64,000 nt of DNA from the IMG/VR virus record IMGVR_UViG_3300001477_000100; one strand, 5' to 3'. Source of the DNA: an uncultured virus (IMG/VR IMGVR_UViG_3300001477_000100). Its lineage: Duplodnaviria; Heunggongvirae; Uroviricota; Caudoviricetes. The notes beneath the pieces were generated by a model. It was not told the DNA's origin, did no database searches, and saw nothing but the letters and a program-made list of their open reading frames with translations. The translations under genes were made by a program, and so were the position numbers. Below, piece after piece: positions 8,336-17,282 of the stretch (position 1 is the first letter of the stretch; every line of letters starts with the position of its first letter).

Positions 8336-8968
8336 AATTTGGAAATTTAAAAAAATATTTATATCATTTCAATGGATTTCATGTTTAACTTTTAAATAGA
8401 ATAATGTATATGAACAAAGAAATTAATTACAGTTATCTGAATGAAAGTGGAGTTTCTAAAAAAAAGCACATTCCCATTTGGCTTGAATTTGGATGTGGTT
8501 ATCATCGTGATGGCGGTTTTTCTATTAACACTATTTGTGGCTGTCACCTTATGACTTGTTTCAAACCTAATTCAAATGAAAGAAGAAACATCTATATCGT
8601 AGAGAATAAAAAGAGAGCAAATGAAGTATACGATAATGCTGTGTGTGGATATAGAATGGCAGAACGAAAAGAAAATTGCCCAATCAGTAACGTTATTGTT
8701 GAAGATTATGAAAGATATGGGTTAAACGTTCATACAATTACTTATAAATATCATTAAAAAGAGACGTAAAATATGGAATTTTATACAGAAAAAAAAAATG
8801 CAGTGTTTGAAGCTATTAAGATAGCCGAAATAAACATTGAGGAAAAGGGGTATCATGTGCTAGAGACAAGTTATACTGTAGATGCAAAAAATGGAAATAT
8901 TGAAGTAAAATTGAAAATTAAATAATAATAATGGATAAAATTTGGAAATTTAAAAAAATATTTATATC
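8333..8968 (+). repeat. 33-bp perfect direct repeat (8333-8365 and 8936-8968) derived from a promoter
   Basis: taaaatttggaaatttaaaaaaatatttatatc occurs twice. Confidence 0.8.
8404..8757 (+). CDS. Hypothetical protein
   Basis: 117-aa ORF. Confidence 0.7.
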   Translation: MYMNKEINYSYLNESGVSKKKHIPIWLEFGCGYHRDGGFSINTICGCHLMTCFKPNSNERRNIYIVENKKRANEVYDNAVCGYRMAERKENCPISNVIVEDYERYGLNVHTITYKYH

Positions 8969-8972
8969 TTTG
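8941..8972 (+). promoter_or_regulatory. Bacteroidetes sigma-A-type promoter
   Basis: TTTG-N20-TATCTTTG. Confidence 0.85.
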
Positions 8973-9038
8973 CACAAATTACGAGGATATGATATTTATT
9001 AAAGATAAAATAATATTTTAAAAAATTAAAAAAAAGAA

Positions 9039-9212
9039 ATGAAAAAGTTAGTATTTTTGTTTATGGCTAGCGTTGCCATGACATTTGCTTCTTGCAACTG
9101 CGGAACAAGTAAGTGCGAGACTCCAGCAAACGACTCTGACAGCGTAGCAGTAGTTGATTCTACTGTTGTTGACTCTCTTGTAGTTGAGGCTGACAGTGTG
9201 GTAGCTGAGTAA
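9039..9212 (+). CDS. Small acidic lipoprotein (57 aa)
   Basis: MKKLVFLFMASVAMTFASC lipobox then D/S/V-rich tail; has its own promoter and terminator. Confidence 0.8.
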   Translation: MKKLVFLFMASVAMTFASCNCGTSKCETPANDSDSVAVVDSTVVDSLVVEADSVVAE

Positions 9213-9243
9213 TCTTTAGTGAAGAAAGATTATTATGTTAAAT

Positions 9244-9280
9244 AACGCTAGATGATAACAAAGTTTATTGTCTAGCGTTT
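9244..9280 (+). terminator. Intrinsic terminator
   Basis: aacgctagatgataa / ttattgtctagcgtt. Confidence 0.7.
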
Positions 9281-9295
9281 AATTGTTTTACGACT

Positions 9296-10060
9296 ATGAG
9301 AATTATAGATAAAAATAAAGATTATTATGACTATTTGCAAGGAATCTATGGCATAGATGAGTTGGTGGTTTATGATAGAAGAGGCTCGTTTCCGATTGAA
9401 GTTTCCAAGCCAATATGCGATAGAGGTCTTTACTGTGGCAATTATACTAACGCCAATTTTGACCGCTGGTTTAGACGTGAGATACTTTACGATGACATAA
9501 AAAGGAAACCGATTAAAATTTACAATTCTAATTCTGTTGCTACTAGACTGTCAATAGAAAAAGAAGAGAAAGAGAGGGAGAGGCTTTTGAGTAAAGGACA
9601 TAGAGTTAAACCAATTAAATCACCAGTTGATTTAATGGAAGGTAAAATACTACATTTCTTGCTTGAAATTGGGTTTTATCATTATATATTTGAAGTTGAA
9701 AGATACATAGATGATAATGATGATAAAAAACTAATTTTAAAATACCGTCTAATCAAAAAAGAAAGGGTTGAAAAAGCAGATGATAGAGTGGCTTATGCCC
9801 CAATTTCAATCCTTCCGATAACTAGACAATATAAAAATGTTTTCAAAATATATGATGATGATAAAGAGCAGATAGTGTATAATCCAATACTTTATAGCAC
9901 ATACATACCGAAATTTATTGATGCTAAAGAAGCATGGAATAACCTTTATGAATACATATCTTCTCTAAGAGATAAAGAATTTGAAGATACAAGAACTAAC
10001 GACCAACATATAGAATCGCATGGCTTCGACAAAAAAATCAGTTTCAGACATAGGAAATAG
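9296..10060 (+). CDS. Hypothetical phage protein
   Basis: 254 aa; KDYYD N-terminus and HGFDKKISFR C-terminus. Confidence 0.8.
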   Translation: MRIIDKNKDYYDYLQGIYGIDELVVYDRRGSFPIEVSKPICDRGLYCGNYTNANFDRWFRREILYDDIKRKPIKIYNSNSVATRLSIEKEEKERERLLSKGHRVKPIKSPVDLMEGKILHFLLEIGFYHYIFEVERYIDDNDDKKLILKYRLIKKERVEKADDRVAYAPISILPITRQYKNVFKIYDDDKEQIVYNPILYSTYIPKFIDAKEAWNNLYEYISSLRDKEFEDTRTNDQHIESHGFDKKISFRHRK

Positions 10061-10793
10061 AATTGGGACCACGGAATCAGGTGAAATCGCTTATAACCTA
10101 GATGCTTTCGATAGGCTATATAAGGCTAATATTATCATCACAAAAAGGTTAACCGATAAATTGATAGAAAAACTTATCGAGTATAAAGATAAGATAATAT
10201 TACATCTTACCGTAACTGGCATGGGGTCAACTCGTATTGAACCGTTTGTTCCTAATCCACAAGCAACTTTAGAAAAATTACAAAAATTGATTGATGGTGG
10301 CTTTCCAACAGACCATATAGTATTAAGGGTTGACCCAATAGTTCCAACCTTCAAGGGTTTAAACACCGCTACAAGCGTTTTAAGACTCTTTAGGGGGCTT
10401 GGGATTAAAAGGGTAAGGATTTCCTTCTTGGATAATTATAAACACGTCAGAGAGCGTTTTAAAGAAATTGGGGTTGAACTATATAATGGTGAATTTCATG
10501 CCCCACTAAAAGAAAGACGAAAATGCCTAACAGCAATTAAATATTGCGCTGAAGAATGCGGTTACGAATCAGTTGAGGCTTGCGGAGAGCCAGGAATTGA
10601 TAGCGTACCTTGTCTTTCTCAGAAAGATATTGATATTTTAGGTCTTACTGATGACATTACATTGGAAGGAAGTAAAGGACAACGAAACAGTTGTCATTGC
10701 CCTAGTAATAAAAAAGAATTATTAAAAATAAAGCCGCATAAATGTAACAATGGCTGTTTATATTGCTACTGGAAAGATGAAAATCGAAATTGA
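10020..10793 (+). CDS. DUF1848-like Fe-S/radical-SAM-related protein
   Basis: LRVDPI, ISFLD.Y, CHC and C-terminal CNNGCLYCY. Confidence 0.75.
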   Translation: MASTKKSVSDIGNRIGTTESGEIAYNLDAFDRLYKANIIITKRLTDKLIEKLIEYKDKIILHLTVTGMGSTRIEPFVPNPQATLEKLQKLIDGGFPTDHIVLRVDPIVPTFKGLNTATSVLRLFRGLGIKRVRISFLDNYKHVRERFKEIGVELYNGEFHAPLKERRKCLTAIKYCAEECGYESVEACGEPGIDSVPCLSQKDIDILGLTDDITLEGSKGQRNSCHCPSNKKELLKIKPHKCNNGCLYCYWKDENRN

Positions 10794-11082
10794 ATTAGAA
10801 GATTGGAAATGCGAAAACCTTATTGCAATGAATCATTACGATGTTGAAGAGGTTACTGCGTATTATTCATATGATATAAATCCATATGGAAATAATTATA
10901 CGGAGGATAATTTGAAACCAATAAAAATCAAAATTGCATATCCAATTAATGAAAAACCGACAGCATTGAAAAAACAATATCCAATGCTAGAAGATTTGGA
11001 AAATTATAAATATGAAAAAGTTGTAAACAAACTTTTTAGCGAAATGTTATGGCGCACGATTTTAGATGTTAAAGTATATTAA
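10777..11082 (+). CDS. Hypothetical protein
   Basis: ORF overlapping the previous stop. Confidence 0.65.
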   Translation: MKIEIELEDWKCENLIAMNHYDVEEVTAYYSYDINPYGNNYTEDNLKPIKIKIAYPINEKPTALKKQYPMLEDLENYKYEKVVNKLFSEMLWRTILDVKVY

Positions 11083-11097
11083 AATGGGGGTTCACTA

Positions 11098-11128
11098 TTT
11101 GAACTCTCATTTTTTTTTTATACATTTG
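11098..11128 (+). promoter_or_regulatory. Promoter overlapping terminator hairpin
   Basis: TTTG-N19-TACATTTG within aaaatgggggttca/tgaactctcatttt. Confidence 0.75.
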
Positions 11129-11147
11129 CATCAAATTACTTAATTTA

Positions 11148-11822
11148 TATTCTAAAGTAGAATATGTAACTAATCATACTAAAGTTAAAATAGGATGCCC
11201 TATACATGGAGAATTTATGCAGCAGCCTATAAATCATCTTCAAGGTCAAGGATGTCCAATTTGCGGTAGAAAAAATGCAGCAAATAAATTGAAAAAAAAA
11301 TTAGATGCCTTTATTAATGATGCTAAAAAAGTTCATGGTGATAAGTATGACTATTCTAAAGTAGAATATATAAATAATGAGACAAAAGTGTGCATAATAT
11401 GTCCAGAGCATGGCGAATTTTGGCAGATACCTTCAGCACATTTAAGAGGTCAAGGGTGTCCAGATTGTAAAAATAGTACGTTAGAAAATGAAATACTATT
11501 GATTCTAAACGGAATGGGTATTTCTAATGAAAGGTATAGTAATATTGGCGGTATTCTTGGTAATCAAAGTGTGGATTTTTATTTGGATAAAGAAAATGTG
11601 GCTATCGAGTGTCAAGGAATACAGCATTTTATTGAATCTAGTTTTTTTACAAGTTCTTTAGAAAACGAAATAGAAAGAGACTTAAGAAAAAAAGAAATTT
11701 GTGAAGCACACGGAATTAAATTAAAATATTATATTAGGGAATCAATAGTAAAAAAATACAATATTTTTAGTGATAGAATTTATAAAAACATTTATAACCA
11801 AAATAATATTATATATGCTTAA
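11148..11822 (+). mobile_element. 5'-truncated free-standing homing-type endonuclease (Zn-ribbon repeats plus DUF559/Vsr-like nuclease)
   Basis: KVHGDKYDYSKVEY..CPEHGEF..HLRGQGCP.C repeats; VDFYL...AIECQGIQH; frame open upstream of ATG 11217 with a partial repeat. Confidence 0.75.
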
Positions 11823-12333
11823 ATTTATTATTATTGCTTGTATGAATCGAAAACAAGTAATTGGAAAAAATGGTAAATTATTGTATCGGATAGATAACGA
11901 TATTAATAATTTTGCTAGGATGACTAAACATAATGGAGTTGTCATTATGGGTAGAAAAACTTTCGAATCCCTTCCCAATGGTGTGCCTCTGAAGGATAGG
12001 ATAAACATTATTCTTACGACTTCTAGAGATTTTGGAGTAAGTGGTGAATACGATAACGTATACATTGTAAACTCAATTGATGACGTTATCGAATTGTGTA
12101 ACGCTTTTTTCTCTGATAAGGAACTATTCGTAATCGGTGGTGGTGAGATATACCGTCAGTTTATGGAGAGAAACCTTGTCAACGAGTTAAGGTTAACTAT
12201 TGTGGAAGATGATGATGATGGAGATACATTTTTTCCAGAGTTTGATGAAAAGGAATGGCGAACCTATTACAAATCAATGTTGCAAGGTAATGGAACTCAG
12301 TTCTGCTTCCATGTTTTAAAGAAGAACGATTAA
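11815..12333 (+). CDS. folA: Dihydrofolate reductase
   Basis: IACM....IGKNGKL, IMGRKTFESLP, LKDRINII, FVIGGGEIY, GDTFFP. Confidence 0.95.
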   Translation: MLKFIIIACMNRKQVIGKNGKLLYRIDNDINNFARMTKHNGVVIMGRKTFESLPNGVPLKDRINIILTTSRDFGVSGEYDNVYIVNSIDDVIELCNAFFSDKELFVIGGGEIYRQFMERNLVNELRLTIVEDDDDGDTFFPEFDEKEWRTYYKSMLQGNGTQFCFHVLKKND

Positions 12334-12335
12334 AA

Positions 12336-12698
12336 ATGAATGAAAATGAAAACGTCAGTAATATTCTATCTCATACAATAATAGAGAGAAAAGCATGCGA
12401 TAAGTGGAACTCAAAAACCATACAAGAAAGAATACACGCAAGTTATAAGTATAAACACATTTTTGTAAAATACAACTTACCATCTAATGATTGGGCAAAT
12501 AGATTTGATGGATTAACAAACCAGCAAAAAAATATTTTACTTAAAGGTGAATTGATTAGAACTTACGACTCTTTAGCAAATGTAGATAAAACCAAAATTA
12601 AACGAGAATTTGGTTTGTCTCATTTCTCAAGTAAATGGTTTAAACTTTCTCCGCATGACAAAAAGAAACTTTTAAATTCTGTGTTGCACAATGCGTAA
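12336..12698 (+). CDS. Hypothetical protein
   Basis: 120-aa ORF in operon. Confidence 0.7.
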   Translation: MNENENVSNILSHTIIERKACDKWNSKTIQERIHASYKYKHIFVKYNLPSNDWANRFDGLTNQQKNILLKGELIRTYDSLANVDKTKIKREFGLSHFSSKWFKLSPHDKKKLLNSVLHNA

Positions 12699-12936
12699 GA
12701 AAGTAAAAAATGTAAATAGAGATATTAGAGACATTTGTTATTTTATTACCCACGTCAAAGAGATTGAATTCAGAGTTAGTCTCATAAAAGAACTTGGGTA
12801 TAAGATAGGCGTTAATGTTGCCACTAAAGACTGTAAAGAAAAGGATATTACAATTGGTAAAAGAAAAGAAAGAAGAATTCAGATTGAACCTAAAATCAAA
12901 CATTCACCATTAGTAAGATGTGCGATAATAGAATGA
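12691..12936 (+). CDS. Hypothetical protein
   Basis: 81-aa ORF overlapping the previous stop. Confidence 0.7.
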   Translation: MRKKVKNVNRDIRDICYFITHVKEIEFRVSLIKELGYKIGVNVATKDCKEKDITIGKRKERRIQIEPKIKHSPLVRCAIIE

Positions 12937-12972
12937 ATCCGAGTTAAAGAAAGTTAAAATTAATATCAATAA

Positions 12973-13003
12973 TTTGTTTAATTAAAAAATTTTTATATCT
13001 TTG
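12973..13003 (+). promoter_or_regulatory. Bacteroidetes sigma-A-type promoter
   Basis: TTTG-N19-TATCTTTG. Confidence 0.8.
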
Positions 13004-13030
13004 CGAAAACTTATTAAAACAATAATAGAA

Positions 13031-14449
13031 ATGGCTGACTCAAAGACTTTAAATGAGAATGGCAATGTTGTTGCCAACACACCTTATGAGGAAAATGTTC
13101 CTACGCAAGAGGTAAAAACAAATGAAAATGACTCTAACGAGAATGTAGAGAATAAAGATGAAAAGAAAACATCTTCTAACACTGTTGCTACCGACAACAA
13201 TGCTAATTCCTCAACTGAGTCAAAGTCCAATGAAGATGTAAAGGAGACGCTTCCAGAAGACCCAAGGGATGATGATATGAAACTCCTTTACTTGGATAAA
13301 GAATTCGTATATGAGTGCATGGCTGTACCAACTCATTCTAAGAAAGAGTATCGTATGGTTACATTCATTATGTTATGGGCTAGAAAGAATAACATTACCT
13401 ATGAATTCGATGACTTCGGTAACATTTACCTCACAAAGGGTGAACTTGCAGAGGGAGAATTTTATCCTTGTGTAACTTCCCACTTGGACACTGTTCAAGA
13501 TAGACAAGACCCATATATCTATGCTGGCGTTCCTCTTGATATTAAAACAGAGAGAACTAAGGAGGGAGACCATAAAATTAGTGTTGACTCGAATGGTGGA
13601 GCATCTATTGGTATTGGTGCTGATGACAAGGGTGGTGTCTGCATCTGTTTGACCATGTTCAATTATGTAGATAAACTCAAGGCTTGCTTCTTCTTGGATG
13701 AGGAAACTGGATGTCACGGCTCTGATAATTTGGATAAAGAATGGTTTGAAAATGTCGGTTACGTTATTGGATTCGACTCTCCAGAACTTTATCGTGCTGC
13801 TTGGGCATGTAGCAGTGTTAAACTCTTTAGCTATGATTTCTACACAAAGCATATGAAAAGCGTATGCGACCGTTGGGGTCTTACTAAAGGATGTTTCTTC
13901 TCTGAGCCTTATACCGATGTGAAGAATATTCGTGAGAAAACGGATATTATATGTATGAACTTTGGTAACGGTGGCTATAATCCTCACTCTCCTACGGAGT
14001 ATACAATTATAGAGGATATGGATAGTGCTTGCGGTATGGGTATTGACCTTGTTGATAACATTGGCTGCACAGAGCATAAACTCAAGAGCACTAGCAGTTG
14101 GACTAACCGTACAAATAATACGTACAAGCGCAACGCTGATGGTACATACAAGTGTATCACAACTGACGATACTGAATTGCTTAGAGACCTTGGAGATAAC
14201 TGCCGTAGGAGCAATTATGGATTCGCTAGCCAGACTACTCGTACAACTACCACAACCACTACAAAGAAAGAAGATGAACTCAAGTTTGAAACAGTCAAGT
14301 ATATTGTTAATCGCTATGATTCACATATCCTTGGCATCAAAGAAGATGTTCTTGAGGCGGTTAAGGCTTTGTGCGAAAAGTCTAAAGTAGAATTCAGTGA
14401 ATTCGAAAAGGTTATCAATGATAAATTTAGTAATGAAATTAAATTCTAA
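13031..14449 (+). CDS. M20/M28-family zinc peptidase with disordered N-terminus
   Basis: SHLDTV, GIGADDKGG, DEETG, YNPHSPTEY metal-binding motifs. Confidence 0.9.
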   Translation: MADSKTLNENGNVVANTPYEENVPTQEVKTNENDSNENVENKDEKKTSSNTVATDNNANSSTESKSNEDVKETLPEDPRDDDMKLLYLDKEFVYECMAVPTHSKKEYRMVTFIMLWARKNNITYEFDDFGNIYLTKGELAEGEFYPCVTSHLDTVQDRQDPYIYAGVPLDIKTERTKEGDHKISVDSNGGASIGIGADDKGGVCICLTMFNYVDKLKACFFLDEETGCHGSDNLDKEWFENVGYVIGFDSPELYRAAWACSSVKLFSYDFYTKHMKSVCDRWGLTKGCFFSEPYTDVKNIREKTDIICMNFGNGGYNPHSPTEYTIIEDMDSACGMGIDLVDNIGCTEHKLKSTSSWTNRTNNTYKRNADGTYKCITTDDTELLRDLGDNCRRSNYGFASQTTRTTTTTTTKKEDELKFETVKYIVNRYDSHILGIKEDVLEAVKALCEKSKVEFSEFEKVINDKFSNEIKF

Positions 14450-14460
14450 CAAAACAATTT

Positions 14461-16920
14461 ATGATAGGTACTAATATAAGAGGAATCAGACACTTGTTTA
14501 GGGTGTCTGATTACTCTCTTAGAAAGATTTTAGTTAGGGCTGGAGAACATGGTTTTGACATTTGTGAGGTTTTAAAGACAAACCCAAATTCACAGATTGG
14601 TGAAAAAATGTTCATTTTCAATAATTGGTTTAATAATCACAACTTCGGAACTTCAGCTTTGGCTAGTCTTTCGAAAGAGATTGCGAATGATTTACAATGC
14701 ATTAACCATCCTAGGTTACTAGAGGTTAGTAAAACATCAAATGGGTTTGGCGATTATGCTAATGTTTTGACTGAAATCACTCTATTGCCAAAATCATTTG
14801 ATAAGGATTATCAAGCATTTTTGAAAGAAAATGCAAAAATGATTAAAAGCCTCTCAGATAAGTATGGTTTAAACCCAAATGATATACAATGCAAGAGATT
14901 GTACATATATACCGATGGCTCTAAGAATTTTTTCCAGTGGGCTGTTGATGTATACTTCAAGGCGCATTGCTCTATGAGAACCATACATAATATCTTATTA
15001 TGGAATGAATACTATAAACAATTGACTAAGAAACTTTCTAAGGGCACAATAACTGCGTATACCACACAGAGTAATATAAACGACCTTATGGAAGAGCTGT
15101 CAGTATTAAGGAATGAGAAGAGAGTTGGTGATGCGATTAACGAATTTAACACGGCTCAGAAAAAATTGTTGAGAAACAACGAATTATCTGACACCGATAA
15201 AAAAACCCTTGCAAGATTCTCTAAACTTTCAGAGATAAAAAAGATAAATTTCATTAAGAAAGTATCCACGATTGATGATTTCAATGAACTTATGCGTCAG
15301 ATGAGGCATGTGACAAGTGTTCATTTTGACTGGAACAAAGATTCCTTTATGGATTTCATCAATAATGTAGAGGGAATTAATTACAAGGTAATATTTGAAA
15401 ACGATTATGTAGTCTTGGTTAAAGTTGATGACTACGACACGATAAAACAGTTGGGTAAGACTACTAACTGGTGTATTTCTAAAAACAAAACATATTGGAA
15501 TCAATATGTCGGTAACACTCATGGTAAATCTACCCAGTATATGATATTTGATTTCTCAAAGTTAGAGGATGATAAACTATCCATTATTGGATTTACAACC
15601 ACGCACAACAAAGGCATTACATCAGCGCATAATTTCATTAACGACAATCTAATGGATGCTGGTAACAATCCTAACGCAATTATGCTCAAATCATATTTGG
15701 CTAGATTTAACGGTAGGAATAGCATATATAGTGTGCTACAAAATTGTGGTATTGACATAACACTTGTTGCACATTATGACAGACCTCAATATCAGTGGGA
15801 TTATGACCATTTCATGTCGTACCTTTACGAATGCGTTGATAAAAACAATGTTGACATAATCAAACACGATGGAGATAAACTAGTACTCTCTGTCCGTGAT
15901 GAGAACATCAAATATTTGTTAGGTGATGCCTATATGGATAATATTTCGTCAGATGATTATGAGTTACAGCACATCATATTTGCCGATTTTTCTATCAGCC
16001 AATATGATTCAAATAAATTGCTGTTTTCCATAATATACGACGGTGGTTGTGGGGAAGATTACCCAAGCAACGTATTCAATGAGTCATCTACCCAGACACG
16101 CGCTAGTTTCGATGGCAAGCTGATTGAGTTTGGTGTACCTTACGATATTATCAGAAGGACTGATGACATTGACAAAAAAGTAAGGAATGCTTATACATCG
16201 TTTAATACTAAGATGTTAAAGGAATGCATAAAGGTTGATAAAAATTGCTTGCACAGGGCAATGCATGAATATTTTGACATCGGAAATAACTATTCCTACA
16301 TCAATTCGTCACTTGTAGATTATTTGTCTTTCGATTATCTAGATTTGATATATGACAACGGTCATTATCTTGTAGAGTATATGGATTCCTCACATATTGC
16401 TGAATTACTGAAGAACTTGTTTAACTATCTGAAAAGTGCTGCTAGACAGTTGTATAGGAATGGGATTCTTGAAAAACCTAGTGAAGAGAGAATACATCTG
16501 TTCTATGACGAAAAGATACCTAATCGTGAAGATGTCATCTATGTCGGCTATTATCTTTTGATAAAACGTATCTTGGGTAGTGAAAACAACAGTAACAAAA
16601 TGGATTTCAATATCGCCTATGTAAAATTATTGAGTAACATTTTCAACTCAGGCCTTAGTGGAGGCCTTATAAAAGAGTTCATGTTTATGATGCTTAATAA
16701 TTTGAATATGTCTAGTAAAAAGGATTCACCGTCATATATCGTTAACTATTTCGTTAGATATGGTGATGAAGAAATGCAAGAAGCAATTAAAAAACTTGCT
16801 GATAAGTATGAATGGATTAAACCAGTCTATGAAAGTGCTTTAAAGTCAAAGAAAGAGCATGAAGATTTCATTTCTAGCGCATTTGTAACTATGCCAACCT
16901 ATACGGTAACATTCCGTTAA
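14461..16920 (+). CDS. Large protein with WCI-motif domain (paralog of 17283-19343)
   Basis: LGKTTNWCISKNKTYWNQY...QYMIFDFSK..D..SIIGFT. Confidence 0.8.
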   Translation: MIGTNIRGIRHLFRVSDYSLRKILVRAGEHGFDICEVLKTNPNSQIGEKMFIFNNWFNNHNFGTSALASLSKEIANDLQCINHPRLLEVSKTSNGFGDYANVLTEITLLPKSFDKDYQAFLKENAKMIKSLSDKYGLNPNDIQCKRLYIYTDGSKNFFQWAVDVYFKAHCSMRTIHNILLWNEYYKQLTKKLSKGTITAYTTQSNINDLMEELSVLRNEKRVGDAINEFNTAQKKLLRNNELSDTDKKTLARFSKLSEIKKINFIKKVSTIDDFNELMRQMRHVTSVHFDWNKDSFMDFINNVEGINYKVIFENDYVVLVKVDDYDTIKQLGKTTNWCISKNKTYWNQYVGNTHGKSTQYMIFDFSKLEDDKLSIIGFTTTHNKGITSAHNFINDNLMDAGNNPNAIMLKSYLARFNGRNSIYSVLQNCGIDITLVAHYDRPQYQWDYDHFMSYLYECVDKNNVDIIKHDGDKLVLSVRDENIKYLLGDAYMDNISSDDYELQHIIFADFSISQYDSNKLLFSIIYDGGCGEDYPSNVFNESSTQTRASFDGKLIEFGVPYDIIRRTDDIDKKVRNAYTSFNTKMLKECIKVDKNCLHRAMHEYFDIGNNYSYINSSLVDYLSFDYLDLIYDNGHYLVEYMDSSHIAELLKNLFNYLKSAARQLYRNGILEKPSEERIHLFYDEKIPNREDVIYVGYYLLIKRILGSENNSNKMDFNIAYVKLLSNIFNSGLSGGLIKEFMFMMLNNLNMSSKKDSPSYIVNYFVRYGDEEMQEAIKKLADKYEWIKPVYESALKSKKEHEDFISSAFVTMPTYTVTFR

Positions 16921-16959
16921 CATTTGTGATTGACACACCATTCTAAAAAAAAAAAATAA

Positions 16960-16992
16960 GTGGTGTGTAAGGTATTTACACACCACATTTTT
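16960..16992 (+). terminator. Intrinsic terminator with possible competing stem
   Basis: gtggtgtgtaa/ttacacaccac followed by T-run. Confidence 0.75.
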
Positions 16993-17003
16993 AATTCATT
17001 TTG

Positions 17004-17189
17004 ATGATGAAAACATTTACGTTGTTTATTGCTATTGCATTTACCGTTTTTTTTATAAACGATAAATTCAGTAAAGCAGTCAGGGTCATCGCCTTCAACG
17101 AAGATGAAACAAAAAATAGTGCAATTTATTCATTTATAATGATGATAATAATCATTATCTCATGGACAATATATTTTTCTTTCTTTTAA
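17004..17189 (+). CDS. Small two-TM membrane protein
   Basis: Two hydrophobic stretches. Confidence 0.6.
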   Translation: MMKTFTLFIAIAFTVFFINDKFSKAVRVIAFNEDETKNSAIYSFIMMIIIIISWTIYFSFF

Positions 17190-17209
17190 TTTTTATTAAC
17201 ATAAAAAAT

Positions 17210-17240
17210 TTTGTAGAGTAGAAAAATTATTATATATTTG
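17210..17240 (+). promoter_or_regulatory. Bacteroidetes sigma-A-type promoter
   Basis: TTTG-N19-TATATTTG. Confidence 0.8.
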
Positions 17241-17282
17241 CACAAACAAACGGAAAAAACAAATTTAATTCTTTTATTAAAC

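Noticed and set aside
13373..14077. Long minus-strand ORF (and similar ones at 18884, 56915, 54376, 35247)
   Set aside because: Antisense shadows of well-supported plus-strand genes, with no motifs or promoters
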